NCBI RefSeq assembly: GCF_001194135.2 | Contig: NC_068986.1 | Span: forward strand, 86,335,637 to 86,399,636 | DNA from: Octopus bimaculoides | Lineage: Eukaryota | DNA: 64,000 bases | Direction: 5' to 3' | Shown here: positions 1 to 12,162 of the stretch, one piece after another | Layout: each line of letters begins with the position of its first letter | Position numbering within the stretch: position 1 is the first letter of the stretch | Notes under the pieces: generated by a model | Told to the model about the DNA's origin: nothing | The model's input: only the letters and a program-made list of their open reading frames with translations | Database searches by the model: none | Made by a program: the position numbers and the translations under genes

Positions 1-445
1 TCTCTCCCTCTATCTATCTATATATCTACTTATAGAGATCGTTATATATCTCTCTCACTCACACACAGTCTCTTACACACATACACACATACACACAGAC
101 ACACATATACACGCACATTCTGAGGAATGACGGGGTCACAGTCCTTAGTATTTGTAAATTTTGGTAAAATGGGATTGGACATTTATTAGATTTTGTATCC
201 CTATCATATCGTTCGCACCTTTGTCATCGTAGTTTCCTATTTCATACAGGAAACAACGCTTATTGTACGTGTTATTATTGCTTCAATTCTTTCTAATGGA
301 TGGAGGGCGGTTAAGAAAATGACTCATAATACTGTATTTGATATCTGTAGCTTCCATATCTATCCTCCCTATTTCTTCGTTCTTTTGACATCAAATAAAC
401 AACTATAAAATATAAATTCAAAGCAAACGAAATGATACTAAAATT

Positions 446-1041
446 ATCTTCTTCTCTAGGCCCGAAACTTCGACCCCAGTACTCAACTGGTACTTAATTT
501 ATCGAACCCTAAAGGATGAAAGGCTAAGTAGAATTTGAACTCAGAACGTCAAGACAGACGAAATACCGCTAAGCATTTCGCTCGGAGTGCTGACGTTTCT
601 TATTTCTTTATTGCCCACAAGGGGCCAAACACAGTGGGGATAAACAAGGACAGACAAAGGGACTAAGTCGATTACATCACGCCCAGTGCGTAACTGGTAC
701 TTAATTTATCGACCCCGAAAGGATGAAAGGCAAAGTGGACCTCAGCGGAATTTGAACTCAGAACGCGAAGACAGACGAATTACCGCTAAGCATTTCGCCC
801 GGCGTGCTAACGTTTCTTATTTCTTTATTGCCCACAAGGGGCTAAACATAGAGGGGACAAACACGGAATTAAGTCGATTACATCTATCCCAGTGCGTAAC
901 TGGTACTTAATTTAACGACCCCGAAAGGATGAAAGGCAAAGTGGACCTCGGCGGAATTTGAACTCAGAACGTGACGGTAGACGAAATACCGCTAAGCATT
1001 TCGCCCGGCATGCTAACGTTTCTGCCAGCTCGCCGCCTTGA
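446..1041 (-). mobile_element. Trimer of tRNA-derived SINE (full-head unit plus two headless units; tails A, A, B)
   Basis: Three ~220-nt units. Minus strand starts GGCGGCGAGCTGGCAGAAACG (A-box region) and has GAGTTCAAATTCC (B box). Junctions at 599/600 and 816/817. Flanked by a 13/15 TSD-like repeat, AATGATACTAAAATT (431-445) and AATAATGCTAAAATT (1042-1056). Confidence 0.9.
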
Positions 1042-2267
1042 AATAATGCTAAAATTGTAGCACTGATGATACCGAAGATAATAGGACTGAACATATTCTC
1101 TGATCATGCATATTGAAGACGGAATTCGAACACTCTTTAGCGACTTATTGAAGGTTTTACAAAATATCTAAGACTAGTCTGGCACACGCGGTGAATTATA
1201 TCGATACGTGTTATGTATTCAGCGTGACGTGAAATGAATCTTTGAAAAGAAGAAAAGAAAGAAAAAACAGTGTTGATTGGTTGTCCAATAAATAGTCCTA
1301 ACTTCTAGGCCATCTGCTGCATTCAATTATATTACCGACAAATGTGTAGAATTCGTCCAATTGTAAATATATTTTATGAATGCAAACCAATACAGTCACA
1401 TGTGCAAAGAACAAACATCGTCAAAATAAAGATTTTAAAAATATCAACGAAATACAAGGTAACTCAGATTGAATTCTAATAACATTTTCTAAAAGTTCAT
1501 CTTAATTTTCAGTTTTTCACTCTGCTACCAAAATGTGTGCCAATCTCCAACCACAGACGTCAAATGTTGATTAATGACGAAATTCCGCCATTATGAACAT
1601 TTTTATGTGTCTGTATTTTTTAATTGTTTAGTTCCGAAATTAAAATTTTCTTTAAAAAGAAATAAATATGTTGGTATAAATTATAGAAAACTAAAACTTC
1701 AAAAAATGCTGTGTGAAGTGTCATCTGATTCATCAGTAGAGAATGAGTTTAATCGAGTACGTAACACTTAAATTTTGGTTCAAAATCTGCCTGGAATGAG
1801 ATAACACCATATCTTTTATTGCTTAACACGACATTCCGTCTCTTCATGGATTGTTTCAAGCGATTTTCATCACACATACAGTGCTTCAGTACACTATTGG
1901 CTGCTATAGATAATTCCGGGTAACTTTCGAATATACAGACTTGGAATCTTTTTATCTCTATACCTGTATATCTGCCATAAAATTCAATTTATATATTGTT
2001 ACACTCATAATGAGTGTGTGGGTGTGCGTGTGTGGGTGTGCGGGGGGGGGGGNNNNNNNNNNNNNNNNNNNNNNNNNNNNNNNNNNNNNNNNNNNNNNNN
2101 NNNNNNNNNNNNNNNNNNNNNNNNNNNNNNNNNNNNNNNNNNNNNNNNNNNNNNNNNNNNNNNNNNNNNNNNNNNNNNNNNNNNNNNNNNNNNNNNNNNN
2201 NNNNNNNNNNNNNNNNNNNNNNNNNNNNNNNNNNNNNNNNNNNNNNNNNNNNNNNNNNNNNNNNNNN

Positions 2268-2467
2268 CTATAATAGGACATCTAACCCGCTAGAAAGAGC
2301 AGCAAAAAACTCTATACCACAAAAATAGGGATAATTTCGAAAGAGAATGAAAAATTAAAAATTAAAAATTAAAAGTTTTTATTTTTCATTCTCTTTCGAA
2401 ATTAACCCTATTTTTGTGGTATAGAGTTTTTGCTGCTCTTTCTAGCGGGTTAGATGTCCTATTATAG
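2268..2467. repeat. ~200-bp near-perfect palindrome (fold-back)
   Basis: Arm 2268-~2361 is the reverse complement of ~2376-2467 with about 3 differences and a ~14-nt A-rich spacer. The left arm abuts an N-gap. Confidence 0.9.
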
Positions 2468-2488
2468 GCATCTCTGTATTCTAACGAA

Positions 2489-2529
<41 letters not shown>

Positions 2530-2667
2530 CACAAAAAAACTATATCCACCAATGCGGTGTTAAGCACTCATTTTGAACGTTCGACATTTACGTATACACA
2601 CACACACACACACATATATTTGTATAAAATATTGCGATACAAATGTATTACTTTCCAGTAAAATAAA

Positions 2668-3112
2668 GCACCGTAAAGGTAGAAGTATAAATATAAAGTA
2701 GTGGTATAACAAGGCACCAATATTATCTGGAAATAACAGTCGATACATTTACGATGCTATAGAAAAGCTTCAGTGCGTATATTACTGGCAAAGACGTGTG
2801 AGTGCAACAGACATGAACAATTTTGTCTTACCTCTAGGAAGTACATTAGATAAATGGACAACCCAGAATCGGATAATGCAGTACCTAGGTTTAGGACTCA
2901 TCAAATACGATTGTCAACGTAAAATTGATTAGTCTTCATCAGTTGGATTTACCTGGACAATATTTCAAATGTTGCTACACAAATGTCAATATACTCGCCT
3001 GAACGCTTAGCCATTAACAGACCGAGAACAATAAAATTTGGCACCATAAAGGTAGAAGTATAAATATAGAGTAGTGGGACAACAAGGCACCGATATTAAC
3101 TGGAAATAGCAG
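2668..3112. repeat. 72-bp direct repeat pair, period 373 nt
   Basis: 2668-2739 versus 3041-3112, 7 mismatches in 72; the second copy ends at a gap. Confidence 0.85.
2900..2948 (-). ncRNA. Degenerate type I hammerhead-like motif
   Basis: Minus strand ATCCAA CTGATGA AGAC..GTT GACA ATC GTA TTTGAT. Stem I pairs 5/6, but GAAA reads GACA and stem III is broken. Confidence 0.3.
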
Positions 3113-3421
3113 NNNNNNNNNNNNNNNNNNNNNNNNNNNNNNNNNNNNNNNNNNNNNNNNNNNNNNNNNNNNNNNNNNNNNNNNNNNNNNNNNNNNNNNN
3201 NNNNNNNNNNNNNNNNNNNNNNNNNNNNNNNNNNNNNNNNNNNNNNNNNNNNNNNNNNNNNNNNNNNNNNNNNNNNNNNNNNNNNNNNNNNNNNNNNNNN
3301 NNNNNNNNNNNNNNNNNNNNNNNNNNNNNNNNNNNNNNNNNNNNNNNNNNNNNNNNNNNNNNNNNNNNNNNNNNNNNNNNNNNNNNNNNNNNNNNNNNNN
3401 NNNNNNNNNNNNNNNNNNNNN

Positions 3422-3471
<50 letters not shown>

Positions 3472-3610
3472 CATATGTGTGTCTTTTGCATGCATATATG
3501 TATACAAATGTTGGTTTTGTTAAGTATATACTTTACGGGAAAAAAAATTCACATCCCACAGCCATAGAAAAGAATATCAAATACATTACCGAACCGAGTT
3601 GCAAACAGAT

Positions 3611-3650
3611 TCAGCCTGAAGATCCCACTGACGTGAAACTAGAGTTGCAG
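3611..3650 (+). ncRNA. Degenerate hammerhead-like motif
   Basis: CTGAAGA (3616-3622)..GAAAC TAGA GTT GCAG. Both core boxes are intact, stems I and II are weak, and AATAAA follows downstream. Confidence 0.25.
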
Positions 3651-4390
3651 CACAAATGTTTATTTTCAAAAAAAAAATAAAACACGTAATCGCGCGCGCG
3701 CGCCCCTCTCTCTGTGTTGTATGCACGTGTGTGTGCGTCCGGGTGCATGTGTGCATATTTGTTGGTAAAATTGATAAATATTACACGCATACACCTGTAC
3801 CTTTTTGTGGAAGCTCTTCAGGCATTATTGAAAAAGCTCACATAAATTGAACCTATATTATAGTTTCATTGCATTATTCATTGTGTGCCATTCTCTTCGG
3901 TGAGCATTAACCAATATATATATACATGTATGCGCGCACGTACACACACGCGCGCGCGCACGCGTACGCACCACACACACTCACAAATATATACACACTT
4001 CTACATACATGCATGAATTTTTTAGGAGATGTTGCGTGTGTGTGTATGTACTGTGGATGTTTTCTCAGTTTACCTACAGTAGTGCGACCTCGGCACCTAG
4101 CTCATTATTCACCTTACTTCAGTGAGACTATTAGCTGTGAGAGCACTTGTTACTTCTCTCGGTCTGCTTAGAATAGGCGCTAAACCACCACCAAAATAAC
4201 TTTAAACCGTTAAAAATATAGTAAGAGATGTTTTATAATATTGTCTTTAGTACGCTCCAAAAGACGGGATGTTCGCTTTTGGAATGCTTTCCACCAAATA
4301 TCTCTCTATCAGGGACACAAAGAACAAAACCTCTTCGCTCTTTTTATACATACATTTATACATACATGTGTGTGTGTAGAGAGAGAGATG

Positions 4391-4442
<52 letters not shown>

Positions 4443-4721
4443 CAGAGACAGACAGACAGACAAATAGATAGATAGATAGTTTTTGTTATTTAATTTAATT
4501 TCAATCTTCAATGTCCAGCGTTTAAATTCAACTGGTACTAACTATTCTATCGATTGTGGAATCGGGTCAAAGACAAAAACATCTAGAACAAACTCCTCTA
4601 AGACTGAAATGTCTTAGAGGAGCTTCCCACAACAAAACCCTTTACCATTAAATATACCTGACATACACTGGGGTTAATCTAATGAATACTTCCGTATTTA
4701 ATATTTACATAGCGACTCAAA

Positions 4722-4820
4722 CGGTGACCTGGTAGAATGGTTAGCAAGCCGAGTAAAATGCGTAGCGGCATTTCGTCCGTCATTTCGTTCTGAGTTCAAA
4801 TTCCACCGAGATCGACTTTC
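4722..4820 (+). mobile_element. SINE 5' fragment (tRNA head), diverged
   Basis: CGGTGACCTGGTAGAATGGTTAGC...TTCTGAGTTCAAATTCCACCGAGATCGACTTT aligns to the SINE at 6456. Confidence 0.75.
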
Positions 4821-5398
4821 TCTCAAATCGTACTCTGCTGTGTTGAGAAAAGAAACAACAATTTAAATAATCAAAGTAGCAAGTTCTAAAAGAGATGCAA
4901 CTGAAATGTGGTAACAATCATGAGTAGAGTTACTATGATATTAATAATAATAGATAATAATATCATAGTAACTCTACTCATGATTGTTACCACTTTAAAA
5001 TTCCCACTCTCTACGGAACAATTTTACTACTATTTTCTAACCCCAGGGGAGCACCTAATCTAGCTGGTTAACGACTAACTAGCTGAAGAAGGTGTTCCCT
5101 TGGGGTTAAAAAATTGTTCCGTACAGAACGGCCATGTTGAAGTGGTAACAAACATTACTTTAGTTGAAATATAATCCAAAATACAACGCTTTTGAAAATA
5201 TGATGATAAACACTTGGTTCACAATTATTTGTTTATAGGTCTAACAAACAAAAATAACCACAGCTGGTCCTATTCTAAAGTTTAGTAATTTTAGTAATTT
5301 TAGTAATTTATTTGATAGAACGCCACACATTATTTATATCGCGTTAAGGCGACGAGCTAGCAGAATTGTTAACATACTGCAAATAATTGTTAGCGGAA

Positions 5399-5762
5399 TT
5401 ATATTTTCGAACAAGGGAGTTTAGCGTCCCTCCTCAGTATAAAACAATATCTGCGTACCACGGTTTCTGGGTTATTTCTCTTCGTCAGCACAGAATACCT
5501 GCTCGGCTAGAGATGGCGCTGCTAAATTCCTGTTCGATAATGTATATTTTACAAAGTGACACACACTCACTGATCTAATAAATAAAAACATTATTATTTC
5601 TAAATCTCTCAACGGAAGACATTCAATTACAGTACTCTAAAGCAAATATTATTTGCTAACAATGTGACAGTCCCGGTTAGGACGAATGTTACTGTTATTT
5701 AGCCCCAGGAAACAGCTGGCTATACGACATATTATCTGTGTCCTTATATTTTCGAACAAGGG
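5399..5762 (-). mobile_element. 345-nt unit with terminal direct repeat and hammerhead (retrozyme or Penelope-LTR-like)
   Basis: The 19-bp direct repeat TTATATTTTCGAACAAGGG at 5399-5417 and 5744-5762 encloses a hammerhead motif. Confidence 0.55.
5450..5494 (-). ncRNA. Minimal type I hammerhead ribozyme
   Basis: UCUGUG CUGACGA AGAG AAAUAA CCCA GAAAC CGUG GUA/CGCAGA. Core boxes intact; 6-bp stem I with one GU pair; stem III ACCGUGGU is one transition from palindromic ACCGCGGU; stem II weak. Confidence 0.6.
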
Positions 5763-6394
5763 TGCTTAGCGATCTCACTAAGAAAAAGCTTTATGTTCTG
5801 AATTTTTCTATGTTCTGAGTTCTAGTCCCACCGAGTCGACTTTGCTTCTTATTCGTCGGTGTTGATAAAATAAGAACGAACTGAACACTAAGTTCGATGC
5901 AATCAACTCAAGCTCCCCCATTTCCTGGCCTTCTGCCAGGATTTAAATCCATTATTAATATCCCTTTGTATTGAGATTCCACCATTCTCATGCTTGCTAT
6001 TTCTTTATTCTAGATCTAGAATTAATACAATTAATACCAGTGGGGTACTTGGATTTATTAATCGTTTATTATTATGCGATATTCACAGCAGACCTGGATA
6101 CTTGAGACAATTACATGCACGCAACCACAAACACACACACACACACACACACACAAAAACACACACACACACACTCGCGCGCACGCGCATATTCCGTGTA
6201 TCGACGAGATTGTCGTATGTTATTACGCACAGCTGGTCGCAATTCGCTTCTCCGCATTGTTGTAGCTTTTGAATGATGTCCACCACCTCCTTAGCTCTGG
6301 GTATGGAAGCCACCATCATGCAGTTATGAGTACAACACGCTATTAAGCCATGCCTTCACACACACACACACACACACAAATACACACACATACG

Positions 6395-6455
<61 letters not shown>

Positions 6456-6458
<3 letters not shown>

Positions 6459-6686
6459 GCGAGCTGGCAGAAACGTTAGCAGGCCGGGCGAAATGCTTAA
6501 CGGTATTTCGTCTGCCGCTACGTCCTGAGTTCAAATTCCGCCGAGGTCGACTTTGCCTTTCATCCTTTCGGGGTCGATTAAATAAGTACCAGTTACGCAC
6601 TGGGGTCGATATAATCGACTTAAGCCGTTTGTCTGTCCTTGCTTGTCCCCTCTGTGTGTAGCCCCTTGTGGGTAGTAAAGAAATAA
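6456..6686 (+). mobile_element. Full-length tRNA-derived SINE, tail A, inside (CA)n
   Basis: GGCGAGCTGGCAGAAACGTTAGC...GAGTTCAAATTCC...CCCCTTGTGGGTAGTAAAGAAATAA, with (CA)n on both sides. Confidence 0.92.
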
Positions 6687-6839
6687 CACACACACACACA
6701 CACACACTCAAACAGATAATTCGAAAAATATTTTCATTAAAATTTATTAACTTTTATTTAATAAAATTTCACTCAGGCTTGTGGAAGACATTTATAATAA
6801 ATGTGTATTTTATGTATATTATGTATTTTGCATATGAAA

Positions 6840-7047
6840 GCGGCGAGCTGGTGGAATCATTACTGGGAAAAATGCTTGGCGACATTTCACCTTCCTTTAC
6901 GTTCTGAGTTCAAATATCACCGAAGTCGACCTTACCTTTCATACTTTCGGGGTTGATAAAATAAAAATCAGTTGTCTACTGAGATCGGTGTAATAGACTT
7001 ACCTCCTCCACCAAATGTCAACCCGTGTCTACAGTAGAAAGGATTAT
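6840..7047 (+). mobile_element. tRNA-derived SINE, tail B, diverged
   Basis: Same head and core as 6456, but ends ...GTCTACAGTAGAAAGGATTAT. Confidence 0.8.
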
Positions 7048-7609
7048 GTATTCTGTGAATAAACGCTCTCGTCTTACAACTTTTCAAACGTTCGTGATCC
7101 GGGTTAATGCATAGTGGACAATTTTTGTTTTCCTTTCTTTTTAGGAATTGCGTTAAATATTTTCGGTCTAGTTTCAGCTTTGGAATTTTTATGATGTATT
7201 TTTCATTTGTCTTTCGTAGTTGATCATGTTAATATTATATCTTATCTAATGAGAATATTCAAAATCGTTTACTATTTCAAACGTTTGCATTTCGTAGTTG
7301 ATCATTTCCATCATTCTTTTGCAAAATAGAAATATTTAAAATTATCCATTTTCAGAATGCACAGTTACACATGCACATATATATTTACACATAAACAACG
7401 TCGTTCCCTAAGGTTTACAAATAAAATCTGATGGTCCAGCATATGTTTCCATTTATCAAGGATAAATAATGTGACGTCTACACGGCCGATTCTTAAATAT
7501 TTTTATTGCATTTTCCGTTATGAATGCCAATGTAGCTTCTCAAAGTGTTCTTTTGAAAGTCTAGTAAGGAATCCGATATGACCATTAAAATAGTAATTCT
7601 TTGTTGCAG

Positions 7610-7683
7610 GTTCTATATGATTACAATATATTTAGAATCATATTTGAAAGAAGAGAAAAAGAAACGAGTGCATATTAGTAGAC
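7610..7683 (+). CDS. Candidate 74-nt coding exon (FYMITIYLESYLKEEKKKRVHISR)
   Basis: Acceptor TTCTTTGTTGCAG, donor C|GTAAGT, one open frame; no homology recognised. Confidence 0.25.
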
Positions 7684-8397
7684 GTAAGTACGACTGTATA
7701 ATTCGGGAAGGCACTTTGGCAATTTCTTAGCTTGACATCTCTTAGCAAACTTCTCGATCCTTCTGCGTCGCGGAGAGTATGGAAACGTACTCGAACATCT
7801 TAGAAACATTTAAGAAATATAGAAATATAGAAACTGGCCATTATTTCACTTTATACCAATCTGCTCAAGTGAAAATGCGGAGCAACCATATGCTTGTGCA
7901 GCTTTGTCAACCTTCAGATATCAGTCTGGTGTGAGACAAGAATCTACTTGGGAAGGCGACTACATGGTCATATAAAATCATTAGCAAAATCATGCCACGT
8001 GTTACATCTTACTCGGGGAGACGGATAATTTTTAAAAAGTCATACACGCACATACACAAACATATATANNNNNNNNNNNNNNNNNNNNNNNNNNNNNNNN
8101 NNNNNNNNNNNNNNNNNNNNNNNNNNNNNNNNNNNNNNNNNNNNNNNNNNNNNNNNNNNNNNNNNNNNNNNNNNNNNNNNNNNNNNNNNNNNNNNNNNNN
8201 NNNNNNNNNNNNNNNNNNNNNNNNNNNNNNNNNNNNNNNNNNNNNNNNNNNNNNNNNNNNNNNNNNNNNNNNNNNNNNNNNNNNNNNNNNNNNNNNNNNN
8301 NNNNNNNNNNNNNNNNNNNNNNNNNNNNNNNNNNNNNNNNNNNNNNNNNNNNNNNNNNNNNNNNNNNNNNNNNNNNNNNNNNNNNNNNNNNNNNNNN

Positions 8398-8448
<51 letters not shown>

Positions 8449-9123
8449 ATCATGCACATAGGGAAAGATGGAGTATAGCAAATAAAGAGCGGAAAGTGTT
8501 GAGGCTTGAGACGAGACACATTCAAAACTATTGTATGCTCATCGTCTTCGTCATCGTCGTCATCATCATCACATCATCATCGTTATCATCATCAGCATCA
8601 TCATCGCGAACATCATTATTGTGAGAATTAAAAATAAACAACAACCCAAAACAGCAAGTGGAAATAAGTTTCGAAAGGTTTTCAGCAAGGTACAACATGC
8701 ATGTTAGTGACAGTATAAACCCCTTCGATCGATGCGTCTAAGTATGTGTGTCTGTGAAGTGTATTTAATTTGGGTATGTGTATATGAGTGTATGTTTGCG
8801 TGTCGTGCCTGTATGAATTTTAGTATATACCTCTGTGTGTGTGTATATGTGATAAGTACGTGTGGTGCTCCCTTTGTGAATCTACCGCGTGAGTATTTCT
8901 GTATGTCTCAATATTACTATATAAGAGGAAGTGTTCGTATATTCATGTCTATTAGCGATTATAGACCGGTGTTTATGTTTGAATGCGCTTGTGTTGCTGC
9001 GTGTGTAATTGTATTTTCACAGCGAAATATCCTTTTTGCTATATGGCACAAGGTCTGATATTTTAAGAGAGAGGCCTAGTCAATTGCATGGAGTCTATTG
9101 TTCAAACGTTGCTTATTCCAGTG

Positions 9124-9231
9124 GCCCCGAAGAATGAAAGAAGACGACCACGGCGTAATTTGAACTCAGAACGTAGAGGTAGAGAAAAGCACTTTGTCCG
9201 GTTTGATAACGATTCTACTTGCTCGCCGCCA
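9124..9231 (-). mobile_element. SINE 5' fragment
   Basis: AATTTGAACTCAGAACG...GCTCGCCGCC matches the reverse complement of the SINE head. Confidence 0.75.
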
Positions 9232-9577
9232 TTTTTGCGTCTAAATATATATATATAGGTATGGAGGTATGTTTGTGGCTTCAAGGGTTCCTGTGCGTGT
9301 AAGTACGATGGTACTTATGTGTGTTTGTCTCAGAATGTGTGTGTTTGTTATTGCCTGTATGTATGTGTATGTAATCGAGTGTGTGTGTGTGAGAAAGAGA
9401 GAGAGAGAGTAAGAGAGATATTATGACTGTGATAGAGAGAGTGGTTAAATGCGAATATTTGTATGTATACTTCCAAATATCAATAGAATGTGTGTATGTG
9501 TGCACTGTGAGGGAATGAGTAAATGTTTTGTGTGAGAGATAGGGAGATATATTGGATAGATAGATAGAGAGAGAGAG

Positions 9578-9636
<59 letters not shown>

Positions 9637-9889
9637 GTGCGCGTGTGTGTGCGCGCGTGTGTGTGTGTGTATGTGTGTGTGTGTGTTTGCGTGTGCGAGT
9701 GTGTGAGTATGTGTGCGTCTGCGTGTGTGATAATTGGTTCCGCTCCCTAATTTATATTCAATAACACTGACATCTGTGAAATAAGTTGAGAAAAAGGAAA
9801 TGGGGGAACAGGCGAATAAATACAATGACAGAGTTCCAAGCACAAGACAAAAGCAAAATAATATATGTTCAGTGCTTCCATCTTCTATT

Positions 9890-9947
<58 letters not shown>

Positions 9948-10439
9948 TCTTTCTCTCTCTCTCTCTCTCTACCTGTCTATGTATCATACGCTCTTTCGTT
10001 GTCTCTCAAACTCTCTGTCTATCACTCCGTATCTCACCCTCACCACTTTCCCACTTTTATTTTCATAACATATTTCTCGCAAACACGCACACCCCGTCCT
10101 CTCCATATATATTAATACACTTATGCATACATACATACATAAAAATATACATGCAGTCATAGGTACTTACATACCTACATACACGCATATAAATTTCGTT
10201 AAACCAAAAGCATAAAGCGAAGAACCAAAATAAAAATAATAATTTTTGATTATATATATATATATGGATGGATATCTTTTTATTACGGCCACACAGGGAT
10301 AAATACAGAAAGTGGACAAAATACAATGTAGAGCTTATCTTTTTGGGGGTAAAAAAACAAAAAGGAAGGCGGGTAGAATTTCGATCAAAAGGGATCGTGA
10401 CAAAAAAAAAAGCATGGGGAAAGCCGATCACCATGGGGA

Positions 10440-10502
<63 letters not shown>

Positions 10503-10559
10503 TGTGGTAGCTCTCGAGTCATTACTACAGTAACATGATATTTTGAATTGCATCCTGTT

Positions 10560-11590
10560 TGAACTAGGATACCGAAGGTTTTGTCGGATTATAGGGTTTT
10601 ACAGACGACGTCACCGTAATAGATATTTCGGAAATTGAGGTGACGGCACTACTTCAATCAAGTACGAAGAGGTGACAAGAGTGATTGACCAAGAGAAGGT
10701 GATGCACCTACGGCTCAGCACCTGGAGGGGGAGGTCAATGCCAGTCGACAGCGTCGTAGGGCGCTGGTCATAAGGACCAGTTAAATTTCTCGGGGTCTCG
10801 TGTGTTGGAGTGCAGGGCATGCAGCAGCTAGAAATGAGCAGAAATGCGCTGAGACTGCGACTTTTCTAATATTCCCTTGATGGTGAGCAGGTATGGTTTC
10901 TGTTTTTCAGCATCTCGTCTCGTACTTAGAGCTACAGTCTCGGGTCATGCGTAGACTGAAAAAGGCCTCTGCCAGTCGCGTAATGCGGTCGGTGGATATC
11001 CCACATTGGAGTATAATAGGGGATTAGTGGCGGCCAAGAGCGACGACGTCTTCGAGGAAACTGTTTGTCGGGAGAATCAGTTACCTGGTCATTATCGGAA
11101 GATTTTCGAGGACTATAGATAACTTTCAGAAATCCTTGTCGTGGCTATGCTGCCGGTAAGGGGCGGTCTTCCAATTCGATTCGAGCCCTACAGACGCGAG
11201 TGTGTTGTCAGAAAGACCTGTCCAATACGCGCTCAAAGCGATGAAAACGTTCTGTAAGTGCTCATCCTGTGTCACGCATTTATGACCTATAGAACTTTAT
11301 CGAAAAGCTGTTGTTACGTGTAGGATGTATCCAGTTATCGGCCGAGACCATCGCGAGGGTCCCTTCACAGCCTTCTTCTGGCATCTAGCGAAAAAACTAG
11401 TGTCGTGAGCGAGTTTGAAGGAAGTGATGACAGATACTTTCCTCTTTAGTCAGGCTTTCATCGACTTTCTTAAGTTTAAATGAAAGAAAAATGAGAGGTA
11501 AGTGCTGGTCCCCAGTATTTTTGATGAAATGCAAGTGAATGTAGGGAGGGGGACTGTGTGAATGGGGGAGAATCCATATGAGAGCTTCTC
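10560..11590 (+). mobile_element. Degenerate Tx1/L1-clade LINE 3' fragment (RT C-terminal part plus zinc finger)
   Basis: Across frameshifts: GFTDDVTVI (YADD-like), KYEEVT..EKV.HLRLSTWRG, GPVKFLGV, FQKSLSWLC, TCP..QSDE.VL, EKLLLRVGCIQLSAETI. Same family as 44247-44591. Confidence 0.8.
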
Positions 11591-11886
11591 TCAAGTTCAG
11601 TAACGCAGTATCCGCTGTTCTAACAAAACATCCACGTTAAGTTGGTTATATTGATTGCTTTTTATTATAATTCTTATTTTCCTTAGCTGCGGTTTTTCCG
11701 TTTCTTGATCTTTAACACTTGGCCACTTCTACATGTTATACACCCATAATGATTCAGTATAGTGACTTTAGTCACTTCTTCTTGGTATGTGTTCAAGAGA
11801 ATAAGGAAAAGAAAAGAAAAAAGGCCAGTAGAATGGGATTTTGAGGGGTGTTTTGGCAATTGTCTTTAGCAGCTACACCAAACACT

Positions 11887-11888
11887 TC

Positions 11889-11959
<71 letters not shown>

Positions 11960-12130
11960 ATTGTTGTTATTGTTGTTTTATACGTAAGACTTGTGATGCT
12001 GGTATTGACTATAGTATTAGTGGTTTCAGCGTTGATTATATTGGTGTTGGAAATGGTAGGGACATTACTAGCGTTGCTGTTGTTATTCTTGTGGTTGTTG
12101 ATGTTGTTGTTGTTGTTGTTGGTGTTGTTG

Positions 12131-12162
<32 letters not shown>

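Larger units (their letters stand above)
5346..5920 (+). mobile_element. Diverged SINE split by a ~365-bp insertion
   Basis: Head AAGGCGACGAGCTAGCAGAAT at 5346-5398; continuation TGCTTAGCG...TTCTGAGTTCTAGTCCCACCGAGTCGACTTTGC from ~5763. Confidence 0.55.

Noticed and set aside
1800-1920. Mariner-like peptide (HCMCDENRLKQSMKRRNVVLSNK) on the minus strand
   Set aside because: No diagnostic motif such as HDNARPH; too weak.
2832-2998. Two small minus-strand exons with a 68-nt intron
   Set aside because: They overlap the direct-repeat/hammerhead unit, which explains the region better; no recognisable protein.
5664-5690. Plus-strand hammerhead-like GTGACA GTCC..GGAC GAAT
   Set aside because: Both core boxes are defective.
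6456-6686. Ribozyme inside the multimer-forming SINE
   Set aside because: No CUGANGA/GAAA hammerhead core on either strand, only short hairpins; an HDV-like fold could not be established by eye.
11687-11784. Exon-like segment with good splice sites
   Set aside because: Stops in all frames and no supporting context.
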